This document shows positions 20,998 to 32,179 of a DNA stretch of 64,000 bases, in pieces. The stretch spans positions 1,536,001 through 1,600,000 of the forward strand of contig CH464491.1 of NCBI GenBank assembly GCA_000002445.1, read 5' to 3'. Position numbers and translations under genes: made by a program. Each line of letters opens with the position of its first letter. The first letter of the stretch is position 1. This stretch comes from Trypanosoma brucei (lineage: Eukaryota). The notes under the pieces are model-generated. The model saw only the letters and a program-made list of their open reading frames with translations. It was not told where the DNA came from and searched no databases.

Positions 20998-22311
20998 ATG
21001 GTAAGAAAGGAGGAAGAAAAAGTTTCAGAGGAGCCCCTAGCGTTTAAAAGATGCCAACATCCGAAGGAGATTAGGGCGGGGCGGAAGACGAAACGAGATA
21101 AGACCGTGTTGAAAAACGTTTATTCGAAAGAGAATGGACAGGTCCAGCTAACAAACAGCCTTATTACCACAAGGCGTCGCAGAAATTTGTTGAATATATG
21201 GTTGGATGCTCGAGGAAACGTAGAAGTCAACTCTTTTGATAGAGTGGGTTGTGGTGAGGCTACTGCTAGTCGATTCAACAATGGTGCGGTCATCGCCCCA
21301 GGCACTGTTAATATACCGAACTTTAAAGTGGGGTCACTGGAAATTTATCGCCGCTTCCCATTAGTGTATGACTATCTCATGCAGCACCACGATTGTAGTG
21401 CCATCGAGATGTATCTTCATGAGGTCTTGACAGTTTTGCAGGAGAAGACCTTACCTACGGTGACTGCAGGTACACTCAACGTAATGGACGGGTTCGAGAA
21501 TGGTCAGAAATCAAAGAGCGTCACCATTGCTGTGGCGGATTTCGGATGTGGCACCGGCCGCATTAGCTGCATGTTGTCTCGTCACAGTGCCGTTGGTGCA
21601 TTGTACTGTTATGACAGCGAAGCAGCGATGCTAGGTCCATGTATTGACAACGTGGTGCGCAGCATAGCAAAATCACGACTCGATGTGCGCGATATTTGCA
21701 TTATTCCCCACGGCGACTGTTCACTACCCACGAAAAGGGATGAGTGCTTATATATAGGCGAAGAGAGTAATGGTAGTGAGGCTGCCACTGATGCCCCTCG
21801 AATCACAACAATGAAACTGTGCGTGCGCCCGTACAGTTTTCAGAATGTTCAACAAGGTGCCCTTAAGAATCATGCGCGTTGTCGTCTCATTGTTTGTGCA
21901 TGGTCACTTTCATATGTTATGCGTGCACACTGGGGCGCCGATCGCTGGCATACCGTAGTCGACGAGACCATCAATAGCCTTCTACAGCTGCTTGAAACTA
22001 CAGCTGTATCGCTTGCAAATGAAGGCAATGAAGTGACTGAGGACTCTGGCTCCTCAGCACTCATCATCATTGAAACCTTAGGAACCAACACAACGGAGCC
22101 ACGCCGACACAACACGCTGCTAGAACGGTTGGAGACGCATCACGGCTTCCAGCGACGGTGGGTGCGCACAGATTATAACTTCCGTGAACCTACGGAAGCA
22201 GTACAACTTACTCGCTTCTTTTTCGGAGAAACCCTGGCGCAGCGTCTGTCTGAATCTGGGAGTACCACACTGCCGGAATGCACGGGTATATGGACTCGCT
22301 GGAGAAAATAG
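20998..22311 (+). CDS. Putative class I SAM-dependent methyltransferase.
   Basis: Motif I VTIAVADFGCGTGRIS sits in a Rossmann-fold context (followed by an acidic YCYDSE post-I region). No other recognisable domains. Substrate unknown. Confidence 0.5.
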   Translation: MVRKEEEKVSEEPLAFKRCQHPKEIRAGRKTKRDKTVLKNVYSKENGQVQLTNSLITTRRRRNLLNIWLDARGNVEVNSFDRVGCGEATASRFNNGAVIAPGTVNIPNFKVGSLEIYRRFPLVYDYLMQHHDCSAIEMYLHEVLTVLQEKTLPTVTAGTLNVMDGFENGQKSKSVTIAVADFGCGTGRISCMLSRHSAVGALYCYDSEAAMLGPCIDNVVRSIAKSRLDVRDICIIPHGDCSLPTKRDECLYIGEESNGSEAATDAPRITTMKLCVRPYSFQNVQQGALKNHARCRLIVCAWSLSYVMRAHWGADRWHTVVDETINSLLQLLETTAVSLANEGNEVTEDSGSSALIIIETLGTNTTEPRRHNTLLERLETHHGFQRRWVRTDYNFREPTEAVQLTRFFFGETLAQRLSESGSTTLPECTGIWTRWRK

Positions 22312-22621
22312 GTTTTGTTTAGTTCCTGAGAACGCGTAATCACATATCCTCTTTCACACACTGGGCTGTATATTCTTCAACTTTCAACTCGTATCGCCGT
22401 TTTTTACTATTTTTTTTTTTTACTTTATGGGGAAAAGAGTGTGATAACGTACTGTGTGTTTCTCATTATGATATTTTTGTTTTTTTTGCTTCTTCTGTCT
22501 TCGTTAATATTTTACGTGGTCAACGACAACTTTCGCCGGTATGGTGGATAATGGTGCTTGAGTAAGGAGCCAGAGAAAGGAAAAAAAAAGGACCCACAGG
22601 AATATATCCGCCCATTTGAGC

Positions 22622-24871
22622 ATGAAAATATTGCACACACGCGCGGCAGCAGAGCCCATATTATTGGCTACAACCTGTCACAATATGAATCTTCTTGCTG
22701 TTGTCACCAAATCACTGGTCGTTGTGTACCGCTCAACTACACTCACGGTTGTAACGCAGTTTGCGCTATCGATCCCAGCCGATGAAACGTCGGTTTGTGC
22801 TTGCTGGTCACCCTCAGGCCGCCTGCTGGTGATTGGACTGCAGAACGGTGAAGCGTTTCTTCTCGATGTTGAAAGCGGCGATCTCGTACGGCGATTTGTT
22901 CCACGTAGCGATGCAGAGTGCTCCAGCATTATGGTAGAGGACATTAGTGGTGGCACTGCACCCGCACCGGCCGCAGGTGATGCGGACAACGATGGGGATG
23001 ACGAGGGAGTTGGCAAAAGTTACGATCCCTTGCGACAACCACCAGTGCTGTTCACGTCGATGAAAGGCGCCATCATGGCCTGCACGTGGACGACGGTAGC
23101 CTCCCAGGTGTCCTCAACTAATCGGCATCAGGAACGCTGCTTACCTCTTCGTACCACCGTATTGTCTCCTATTCTTGATGAGTTGGAGCGTGAAGATGAG
23201 ACTCCGGTGCTAATTCTCCTTGACCAAGAAGGGGGCTTGAGTTTTCTTCCCGGAGGAATGCGAGAGGTTTGCTTCGTTCCGGCAAGGTTACCGGTCAATC
23301 TAACCCCAAATCTTGCGTGCGTGGACACGTTTGTCGTTTGCAAACCATCAACTGCAGCTGGAAAGGAGGGCGATTCCGGTGGCTTGGCGTTAAAACACCT
23401 TGATTGTGCGACTGGTGACAGTTCCAAACGTGATGCCGATAACGCGGTAGCAGCACATGTGGCGTATTTGGTTGTGCGCCGCTCCTTATCAAAGGAGCAC
23501 CCGCACGTGATACGCTTTGATTTGTCTCCAATAATCGCAAGCGCAACTCGTCGTGATGTTGTTTCTGTGTGCTGCATTGCGGAATACTGCCGTATGGGCA
23601 GGGACTGCTTCTTGTACTCGCTTCGACGGTGGACCAATCTCATTTGCACCGTTCACAACGATATGTTCCTCCCGAAGAATGCGATGCTGCTGCGCGATTC
23701 TCTGGTAGAGGAGATCGCTCACCCACAGGAGAAGGAGGTTATGAAGTATTTTAATGCTGTCAACTTAGCGACACTGGTGAATGACGCAGAGGAACTTTCG
23801 CAGCAGCTGAAGCAACTGATACTTCAGATATCAAACGTTGCGTACCGCTGTTATGATATTGCTCTTCACATATCCGAGGCTCATTGTGCGGATCGTCAAC
23901 GACAACGTCTTCTTCTTAGCGTGATTGGGAACCTTCGACTCCGCTGTAGCAACCTCATGCGCGAGATGCGACATGGGGCAGAGCGTGAGAAGGAACTACT
24001 GCAGTGGGTTATACAACGCGCTGCTTTACTAACGAATGCCACTCCACCAGCAACTGACGTCCTTTTGCTAAATGAACCTCTCCGAGCCCGCTGGCATTCC
24101 ATGCTGCTTCGTACACTTCATCGCATTGGGCATGGGGAGTCCGCTGTTACCTCCTTGGTTGATGAAAAGGGCATGAGGAATGAGGTGGACCTAGCACAAA
24201 TAGTAAAGTCGTGTATGCCGCGCCATTATGAAGTTACTGGCTACGACTTGCCTCTAGTTTGCCAGCAGAGTGATCCAGTACACATTCGTCAATGCGAAAT
24301 ACTCATTAGCGACAAAACAAGTTTTGCAGTTGATGGCGTCATGCTGCGAACGGTGGCGCTTACGCGGGAAGAACCGTTTCAGCCCTTAACCGCATTCTTT
24401 GTCCTTGAGCGTCAACCAGGTGCCGGTAGTGTCTTCAGGCAGGTACAGGAATGGGTGTCTGTAGAGACCCAACAACTACAACTCACAGTTGATACCGCTT
24501 CATTTTTATGGAGTGCAGTAGTTGATGAAGAGAGCCATTGTGTTGTGCTATGGGAGCAGAAGGTCACATCTCAAACACCGTCAGCAGCTCTTACAGGTGC
24601 AGCAGCGAACACTTGGGCGGAGCAAACTTTGGTGTTAGCCCTCACCGATGAAAATGGGGCTCTGGAGTTGCACAATGAAGGTGTGGATGAGAGTGTCGAT
24701 GAAACGGGTGGCAATGCTACGGAAACTAGCGCCCAAGGGGCGAAATATGCGGTGCTTGAGGTTAAGGGCATTTCCACGAAACATCTGAGGGTGTCCGTGA
24801 GTCAAGTAAGAGGGTTTGGCGTGCTGTATGCCAAGGAGCGCTTTGTTGTTGTTGATTTTTACCGTGGCTAG
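22622..24871 (+). CDS. Conserved hypothetical protein with an N-terminal WD40-like beta-propeller followed by a long helical region; weak resemblance to APC4. Alternative ATG at 22685.
   Basis: The N-terminal pattern NLLAVVTKSLVVVYRSTTLTVVTQFAL...VCACWSPSGRLLVIGLQNGEAFLLDVESGDLVRRF resembles the first blades of APC4 (WxPDGxLLA...L.DVE). The rest is helical. The start is uncertain (TTG 22616 in the track, ATG 22622 or 22685). Confidence 0.35.
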   Translation: MKILHTRAAAEPILLATTCHNMNLLAVVTKSLVVVYRSTTLTVVTQFALSIPADETSVCACWSPSGRLLVIGLQNGEAFLLDVESGDLVRRFVPRSDAECSSIMVEDISGGTAPAPAAGDADNDGDDEGVGKSYDPLRQPPVLFTSMKGAIMACTWTTVASQVSSTNRHQERCLPLRTTVLSPILDELEREDETPVLILLDQEGGLSFLPGGMREVCFVPARLPVNLTPNLACVDTFVVCKPSTAAGKEGDSGGLALKHLDCATGDSSKRDADNAVAAHVAYLVVRRSLSKEHPHVIRFDLSPIIASATRRDVVSVCCIAEYCRMGRDCFLYSLRRWTNLICTVHNDMFLPKNAMLLRDSLVEEIAHPQEKEVMKYFNAVNLATLVNDAEELSQQLKQLILQISNVAYRCYDIALHISEAHCADRQRQRLLLSVIGNLRLRCSNLMREMRHGAEREKELLQWVIQRAALLTNATPPATDVLLLNEPLRARWHSMLLRTLHRIGHGESAVTSLVDEKGMRNEVDLAQIVKSCMPRHYEVTGYDLPLVCQQSDPVHIRQCEILISDKTSFAVDGVMLRTVALTREEPFQPLTAFFVLERQPGAGSVFRQVQEWVSVETQQLQLTVDTASFLWSAVVDEESHCVVLWEQKVTSQTPSAALTGAAANTWAEQTLVLALTDENGALELHNEGVDESVDETGGNATETSAQGAKYAVLEVKGISTKHLRVSVSQVRGFGVLYAKERFVVVDFYRG

Positions 24872-25428
24872 TTGCGAAAGGGGATCAAGCGCAATCGAGT
24901 TTAGTGTCCCAGGAAATTACCATTCGGGAACTGTTCTGTATTGTATTACTTAGCAGTTCATTGTAGTTGCCCCGAGTGTCGCTACGGTCTCTGGTAAATT
25001 CATAGAGAGCGGTTCCTTTTACCATCCGATTGCTGTACGTGGGTACACGTGCGGCGCAACTGCTAGAAGTTGGGCTTCGGAACGAGACGGAACCTTGTGT
25101 CGGTGTCACCCGAAGTCTACACAATTCTTACAACATATCCTACTCTCTGTTGTATATTTTTGTTACGCGCAATTTCTTTGCCTCTACGACTGATGCACGA
25201 TGTTTCATGTGTTTCCTTCCGTGTAATTTTTTTCACCGTATGTACAACATCTCCCATCCCCCTTTTCTTTTTGATACCCAAATTGCTCCATTTCAAAGAA
25301 ACATAACCTATTACACAAAGTCACGGGTCAGGCGCATTTTATTTTTATTTACTTGTTTATTATTATTATTATTATTTTCCGGGGAATACACACAGTTATT
25401 TATTTAATTGAGCCACCCAACACATAAA

Positions 25429-25788
25429 ATGACTGAAGCACTCTACAACTTCATCGAGAGCGAGCGCTTCCAGCGGGTCTCGGGTATTGTTTCCAGCGGC
25501 GCGAGCACCATTTACCAATGGTTGAGTGAGCGGGCGTGGGCCGTGTACACAACAGGCGCCTTCGTTTCTGTTCTTGTTGCCCTTGGAAGTGCACACGAAA
25601 AGCAAATATTGGCGGATCACCTCTATGGTTCTCATGCACCTCTCCAACAGCAGCAGGAACGAAGCAATACCATAGAAGGTGGGAAGAAATTACTACAAGA
25701 GGAGGCCTCTCAGGGAGTCCGGCAGGTTGTGTGGATGATGCCTCGTGAGGATTTCATGCAGGAGTATCGTGAACGTCATGGCATTTAA
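25429..25788 (+). CDS. Small conserved hypothetical protein (~119 aa) with one predicted transmembrane helix. Track start is 25408 (non-ATG).
   Basis: ORF in the sense array. Hydrophobic stretch AWAVYTTGAFVSVLVALGSA. Precedes the 1.3 kb intergenic region that carries the (GT)15 tract. Confidence 0.4.
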   Translation: MTEALYNFIESERFQRVSGIVSSGASTIYQWLSERAWAVYTTGAFVSVLVALGSAHEKQILADHLYGSHAPLQQQQERSNTIEGGKKLLQEEASQGVRQVVWMMPREDFMQEYRERHGI

Positions 25789-25875
25789 TGAACGAGTGAC
25801 GGGCAGTAGAGTTAAAGGGTGAAAGAAAAAAGACAGTAGATGATGTGGGTCATGAAGAAAGTGTGTTGTTGTGCT

Positions 25876-25880
<5 letters not shown>

Positions 25881-25910
<30 letters not shown>
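25881..25910. repeat. (GT)15 dinucleotide microsatellite in an intergenic region.
   Basis: Direct reading: gtgtgtgtgtgtgtgtgtgtgtgtgtgtgt. Confidence 0.95.
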
Positions 25911-25912
<2 letters not shown>

Positions 25913-27146
25913 TAGTGAAACAGTTTAGACAATGCGCGGTGGTGAATTGTAGGCTATTCGGAGAGGCTTCGCGTCTTCTACCACAGTGGTGCACTCTTTG
26001 GTGTTAGTTTACCTTTGTTGCCATCAAGTGATGGGGAAGAAGGAAGGCTGATATATATATTTATAAAGTTATTCTCTCCCTTTTTAACGAGGATGGAAAA
26101 AATATTGCATGTTGAAGTTGAAAAAAAGTCACGTGGACAATATCGATGTTGTTCTTTCTTTAGGAATGCTGTGGGTGCCGATGAATGAGTGTTCTACCGC
26201 TGTTATTATTGTTTCTTTTCGCTTGTGTGTGGAAAAAGCTTCATGAACTCACCGAACACGCCACAACATCTCGTTCACCTCTTTGCAGAAACGATAACAC
26301 TGAATATTTCATTGTGCGAGATCGGCGTGCAAAGCATTTTTGTTGTTCTTTTTTTTAAAAAAAAACTTTGTGTTGTGTTGTTGTCGCTGTTTATTTTTTT
26401 TTTTTCCTCTTTGGTGATTTGTTGAGGTGTACGCACACGTTACTGACGCAACGCCACAATACTCGCGTTCCGCCGATTAAAAGCTGGAGAAACCGATCAG
26501 ATGTGTTGCCTAAATGTGTTCCTCGTTCCATTGTGATTCAAAGAAGGCTGTTAAAAATTATGATATCTGAGGATGAAGCCGACGGAAAAAGGAACAAAGC
26601 AAAGGCAATGGTGAATGAAGTAAGAGAGAGGAAATGAGAAGGTTCCGGCACATCAGCATCTTCATCTTTTTTTCCTTTTTGTTGGATGTGCTGTGATTAG
26701 GGGGGGGGAAATAATTTTTTAAAAAAAAAGTAGGTCTCGTGTAACGGATAAATGCGAGTTAGCGAAAAGTATAGCAACACTACTGAACACATACTAACAC
26801 GCAAACAGTACACTGCCGTCAGTGGTCGCTCAACTCGCGCTGAGAGAAAAATGACTTGGCCCTGTAGTTTGCCGCAGAGGCTCTGCTGCACTTCAAATAC
26901 CACTTACATTTCCACCTTCTTGTATTTTCTTTATTATTATTTTATTTATGGTTTGTATGTCTTCTGAAGGTGGAAGGGTGACGGGTGCCCTCCACGCTAT
27001 CTTTACCAAAGGTTGTGTCGCTAGTTGCACATAAGGTTAGTAACAAATTATTTAGTGTTAACCCTACGGTCGCCACCTGCCTCTGTTAAGACATATATTT
27101 GCTTACCCCTATTGCGTTTGGTTAAGCATTTGGTTACTTGCAACTG

Positions 27147-28280
27147 ATGAAAGGCGATGATTCTGTTCATGGAGATGCAACGACTGACCTTCAGTCCCCT
27201 CGGGAAGATGTTGTAACTATGGCTAGTGACGGGGATCATATGATCCGTAAAAGCTTAAAGGACAGTAACAGTGATGCCCCAATCTTTGGGGAGTTGTTGG
27301 ATGCTGAGGTTACTGTTAACCCAATGAAACTCCGCGAAGCCTCCCGCGCGGGGATTCCCCCATTGTACCGCAGTGCTGTGTACCGATATCTCTTAGGGGT
27401 CTCATTTGTTGATAAGTCACGTGAGATGACGGTGGAACGCATGCAAGAAAAGGATTTCGAGCAACTTGAGGCAACTTTTGCTCAAATTGTAGCATGCGAT
27501 GAAAAGGGGGGGTCAACGCGGTGTCATGCCTCGCATGCACTCTTTGCAGCTAATTGCGACACCATGATGACACGGAGGGAGAGCAAATTTGTGAATGGGT
27601 ATCGCTGCTCAGATCGCTTCTCTACTTTTGGTTGCACGACGTGGCTCGCAGTTCTCGCCCGACTGAAGTATATGCCTCAGTTTGTTGGAAACCATGAACG
27701 TCGTCAACGTATTGAATCCGCATGGAGGGCTTTGTACGTCTGTCACTCGGAGGCAACGCCAGATGAGGTAAACTACATCTTTGAGCTTGCCATTGCTTTC
27801 GAAGCAGTGTACAGTACTGCACGAGACATATATTTTTCCGTAGAATCAATATACCACTTGTTGACGCATCATAACAATGTGCTTCAAAACAAGCAATGCC
27901 TACAACACCACTGTGGTGTGTTTTTAATGTTGTTTCGTGCTACAAACTTTGAGTTATATCGCCACTTCGTAACTGAAGGCGTTTCAGTACTTGATTGGGT
28001 GCCGGGGATACTTACGACACTGCTTGCTGGACGACTGCATGTGGAGGATTTGCTTCGGTTGTGGGATGTGTACTTCGCGGATGCTCAGAACTGCTTAGGT
28101 TTTCCGCTGCATCCGTATGTATGTCTAGCCATTCTGGCAGAGATGACTGAGGTGCTGATCGAATGCGAGAAGTCGGGCATTATTGAACTTTTGCAAAATA
28201 TGCCGCGCATGAGAATGGGGTGTATCATTCAGAGGGCTATCGCGCTAAAGGAGTCGGTACTTTCACAAGGACTGCTTTAG
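27147..28280 (+). CDS. Conserved hypothetical protein with a degenerate TBC (Rab-GAP)-like N-terminal motif. Track start is TTG 27138.
   Basis: GIPPLYRSAVYRYLLGV resembles the TBC signature GIPxxLRxxVWxxLLG, but the canonical IxxDxxR arginine finger and YxQ glutamine finger are not evident, so it may be non-catalytic. Confidence 0.35.
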   Translation: MKGDDSVHGDATTDLQSPREDVVTMASDGDHMIRKSLKDSNSDAPIFGELLDAEVTVNPMKLREASRAGIPPLYRSAVYRYLLGVSFVDKSREMTVERMQEKDFEQLEATFAQIVACDEKGGSTRCHASHALFAANCDTMMTRRESKFVNGYRCSDRFSTFGCTTWLAVLARLKYMPQFVGNHERRQRIESAWRALYVCHSEATPDEVNYIFELAIAFEAVYSTARDIYFSVESIYHLLTHHNNVLQNKQCLQHHCGVFLMLFRATNFELYRHFVTEGVSVLDWVPGILTTLLAGRLHVEDLLRLWDVYFADAQNCLGFPLHPYVCLAILAEMTEVLIECEKSGIIELLQNMPRMRMGCIIQRAIALKESVLSQGLL

Positions 28281-28748
28281 AGAGTAAATGGAAAACAGTG
28301 TGTCCACGCCCTCTTCCCCTTCCTTCCCAGTTGTTCTCTCGCAGTACTCTGCGGGTACGTAGGCATGTGCGTGCCAAAGGGCGTAAAACGAAGATATCGG
28401 TAGGAGGTTTTTGCATTTCTTTTCTGTGGGATGTTGTCTTTGTGTATGCTTATCTGGTTTTGCTTGATTTCCTCCTTTCGTCAAGATTGGAAACTCACTC
28501 ATTCGGGGAAGCTGTTGCCACGGATATGGGGTTAAAGAATTTACTTTCTCCCTTTGTGTCCATTCTCTCTCCTTTATTTTCCTACATTGCGCCCTTCGTA
28601 TCGCTCAGCTCGCTCGATTTCACCCACGCTCGTGTGGCCTCCAAAATATTTTGTGACATCGTTTTTATTTTTATTTTGTCTCGCACATATCATCGGAAAA
28701 TGAAAATGATAGATATGCGTTTATACAATAATAACTACACCTTCGGAT

Positions 28749-30095
28749 ATGAACGTTTCACTTGGTACGGCACCGTGTAAAGCTTCATGTGGGGTCAAGC
28801 AACCCACCGGTTCGTGTAAGGGGCCACTGATGTCGCCATTTCAGGACGTGAAGAAGCAGGAGAATAACGACGTGAGAAAGGGTGCAGAAGCCTTAACGGG
28901 TTCTTCCTACTCTGGAGCCAGCGCACCTTTCTATCACTTCAGCCCCCCAACAGGTTCATTCTCGGAGAGCCTCAGGAACGATGTTGATAGACCACATTCG
29001 TTCATTGTAGATTTCATCGACCAATGTGTTGCCAACGGTGTTCCCGAATCGTTTATTGTTGATCATGTGCTTTTTATGACGAATGCTATGCGGGATCAAA
29101 TTAACCTTACTGAAACGTTAGGCGTTCAGCGGCGAAGCGCAGGGCAAGGTGTGGTCAGGCAACGCCAAAAGTTGGATGAAGCAGATAAAGCAGCGAGAGC
29201 GGTCTCCATTTCAAGGGTCGAGAAAGGTGTTCAGCGAAACGGTAGTTCGTCTCTTTCTCTGGTTGAACAGTCGACCGCCAGGCCAACACCTATCAAGGAT
29301 AAGAGTCCAGCATCGCATAAAAACAAAAGTTGTACAGGTAAGGGTGTGATCCGAAGAAAGCGAATAGAGAGCACGAGACCCACAAAAACGATATTTACAC
29401 AGACGCCACAGCCAATGTGTGTGAAGGACTCTTTCCGCGGATCGAAAGAAGGTGGAAGGATGGTGTTCCACGGATTCATGCGACCCACGGACGCCAGTAA
29501 TAGAAAGGAAACACTGAAGTATGTTGATAGCTTTGAGTCATCTGCGCAGCGACTACCATCTCGTCAACAATCACAACCACGTGTGGAAACGCAGCAACGT
29601 AAAGTCACAAGAAGCGTATCTGCAAAGAGTAAACCGTCTGCCGTTGATGTTGCTACGGAAATGTCTCCGCGGGAAGAGTACCTAACGTGGTCCGATGGCG
29701 ATTCTCCAGCAGCAAATTCACAGCAGACAGATAGAGTATCACCGATGACCAAAACACAAGAGAATCGTGCCGTATCTTCTACAGGTGTCAAATCTCTCCC
29801 TGTGAATAGTGATCTAAAACCCCAAGACAAGAAGCAGCACAAGAAAGAAGAATCACCAGCTCATACTGCCGAATTGATACTGAGAGAAGGAGGAGGGGTT
29901 GCTACTGCAGCACTTGTGAAGCGGGGTCGAAATCTATTTCGTATTGTTTCTTCTCCTCCCATTTCCATCGAAGTTCCTTTATTTTTTCCAAGCCAACAGC
30001 TGCAGATGTATATTGAGCGATGTGAGAGGAAAATGCGTGAAGCTATGCGGTTCTTAGACTCCACAAACAACGGTAGCTTCAATGTGATGCGATAG
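28749..30095 (+). CDS. Hypothetical protein with a Ser/Thr/Lys/Arg-rich central low-complexity region.
   Basis: Long + strand ORF in the array with an ATG start. No recognisable motif. Confidence 0.4.
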   Translation: MNVSLGTAPCKASCGVKQPTGSCKGPLMSPFQDVKKQENNDVRKGAEALTGSSYSGASAPFYHFSPPTGSFSESLRNDVDRPHSFIVDFIDQCVANGVPESFIVDHVLFMTNAMRDQINLTETLGVQRRSAGQGVVRQRQKLDEADKAARAVSISRVEKGVQRNGSSSLSLVEQSTARPTPIKDKSPASHKNKSCTGKGVIRRKRIESTRPTKTIFTQTPQPMCVKDSFRGSKEGGRMVFHGFMRPTDASNRKETLKYVDSFESSAQRLPSRQQSQPRVETQQRKVTRSVSAKSKPSAVDVATEMSPREEYLTWSDGDSPAANSQQTDRVSPMTKTQENRAVSSTGVKSLPVNSDLKPQDKKQHKKEESPAHTAELILREGGGVATAALVKRGRNLFRIVSSPPISIEVPLFFPSQQLQMYIERCERKMREAMRFLDSTNNGSFNVMR

Positions 30096-30454
30096 CTATT
30101 TAGAATTACGACAACCTGCGCTGGGAAGGGCTCTGTGCCTGCTGAATGATACAGGCGAGGTGGAAAAAACCAACAAAGGAATGGAAACGAAGCACAACGC
30201 TTATTTGTTGACAGGGCGCTGACTGAAAGAAGGAGACATACACCTAAGCCTCAACATAGTTTTATTCAGTCCACGCACGTTCGTTGGTGTTGCCCAAATT
30301 TTTATTGATGTGTGCTTTCCTACCGGTTTCTTCTAACATCCTTTGCGGTCCACTAACCGTGTCATTGTTTTCATATTATTATTATTTTTTCGTTGCACTT
30401 CCATTTTTCACGAAATATGTGTTGTTTGTAGATAGGTAGGTAACTTTGTGTCAC

Positions 30455-32179
30455 ATGACTGAGGTCTTCCGTGTGCAGTTGGTGTCTCTCTACCGCAGCC
30501 CCGAGGTGGTGGGTTGTACGGCCGAACCGGTACTGCACACGGAACTGGTTATTCAAGGCCAGGGGACCACACACGAGGGGCACCAGGAAAATGAACGAGG
30601 TATAATAATGGGTTCTGTGGGACTTCTTGCGAAACACCATTACGTAGCGATAGATGTGGTGAGTCATTTTGAGGAGGGCCAACCCTTGAGGATAGAAGAT
30701 AGTCTCAAATCAATTAGAGCTAGGCCGCCGCCGTATATTCATGTGGAAGGTGGTGGACGTTTGTTTTTGTTACACCCCATAGAACACAATAGGTATTTAC
30801 TCTCTGTTACGGTTCCCAAAACCGTGTGGCGATGGTTTGGCCCCACCGCATTACATGTTTTATTGTCAACAGCTGTTAGGGGTTACGAAATTGGAACAGA
30901 CGTGGCGGCAGTTGCCTCTGTGCCGACGTATTACCCATTGCACAATCGCATAAGTGAGAATGCTACAGCGGTGCAGGACGCGCTAAGGACTCGGATGCAA
31001 CAAGTGGTGGAATTTACGGCACATCTGACGGAGTGTATAAGTCAAGGGACGGTTTCCTCACCCACCATCTCGCAGGTGTCCGCACAGGTTGTTGCTTCTG
31101 TTAATAAAATGTGCAGCTGTAGCCCGTCTGCTTTGCGTCATAGTAACCAGTTTCGAGTGATGATGCAGAAATTAGTTTGGTCGGCCACAAATTTTTCCGA
31201 GTACACATCAATGAACGGGGCCATAGCCAGTGGTGGACTTTGCGATGGCTACAAACGTTTGGTAGTCACGGCATCTGCTGTGTGGCACCGTGGTGAGCCC
31301 GTATTCAGTTGCGGTTCCTGTGAGGACTTTCAGATGTACCTTCTACCAGCTGCTCTGACGACGTATATGTGCAGGTGCCTCGGTGAAGGTGCGCAACAAA
31401 CCATCACTATAAAGTGCTTTGCGATGCACGCGAGGACGGGAGCTGATTGCCTTCGCGTTCCAGGTTATTTAAAACCAATGAGCCAACCACATCATGTTGG
31501 AGCGACAGTGTGTCTCTCTTTTGCCTCCGCTGGAGGGTGGTGTATCGCCCTTCAAATGGAAGTGGCATTGAATGACTTTACCGGCGCCCCCATGTCTCAT
31601 ATAGTATCCGGTGTGATAAAGCTTATCTCTACGACTCTTGAGGTTCCCCAGTTCACGAAGCTGATGGCCAATAAAAGCGCGGAAACCCTTCACTGTGCAC
31701 CGTCTGCTTCCCTCTTCACCGCTGCGGCTTCTGGTGTTATGGAATCTGTGCGGCAGATCGGTATTTACCAACATTACTGCAGTAACGGCGCGTACGCTAT
31801 CAACATATTACAGAATACTTGTATTTATCACTATTGCAAGGGCGACACTTCTCACCCAGGAGAGACGGCAGAGTGTAGGAATCCGTGGCCGGAAAGTTTG
31901 GATGCAGCTGCGCTTGAGCTGGTGCAGCTCACCTCCTTTTCTCTTCGTTATGGTAGTGGCCGCGCCTCGAGGAATGGCAGTGCTCTCTGCGCTGCGCCGC
32001 GCAGCTCATCACCGTTCACCATTCTTCGCACAAATGGGGCTGTGGTGGCGATGCTGGTTGTTCCATTGTTATTTCCCGATGCTGCTGTTGCTTTGCTGGT
32101 GCTAGAGTTGGCTCCTAGCGGTTCTACAGCGCCGGCAATCCGCGCCTTCGCATCGTGGCTGGCCGCAAAAGTTATGTAG
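30455..32179 (+). CDS. Conserved hypothetical protein. Track start is TTG 30446.
   Basis: 574-aa ORF on the sense strand. The N-terminal ~120 aa have an alternating beta/alpha pattern that could be a longin or roadblock-like fold (inference only). Confidence 0.4.
   Translation: MTEVFRVQLVSLYRSPEVVGCTAEPVLHTELVIQGQGTTHEGHQENERGIIMGSVGLLAKHHYVAIDVVSHFEEGQPLRIEDSLKSIRARPPPYIHVEGGGRLFLLHPIEHNRYLLSVTVPKTVWRWFGPTALHVLLSTAVRGYEIGTDVAAVASVPTYYPLHNRISENATAVQDALRTRMQQVVEFTAHLTECISQGTVSSPTISQVSAQVVASVNKMCSCSPSALRHSNQFRVMMQKLVWSATNFSEYTSMNGAIASGGLCDGYKRLVVTASAVWHRGEPVFSCGSCEDFQMYLLPAALTTYMCRCLGEGAQQTITIKCFAMHARTGADCLRVPGYLKPMSQPHHVGATVCLSFASAGGWCIALQMEVALNDFTGAPMSHIVSGVIKLISTTLEVPQFTKLMANKSAETLHCAPSASLFTAAASGVMESVRQIGIYQHYCSNGAYAINILQNTCIYHYCKGDTSHPGETAECRNPWPESLDAAALELVQLTSFSLRYGSGRASRNGSALCAAPRSSSPFTILRTNGAVVAMLVVPLLFPDAAVALLVLELAPSGSTAPAIRAFASWLAAKVM

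Noticed and set aside
27138-27160. A CTGATGA (C-box-like) sequence at ~27144, a possible snoRNA.
   Set aside because: It lies at the translation start of the downstream gene (TTG CAA CTG ATG AAA), and no D box or guide complementarity can be assessed here.
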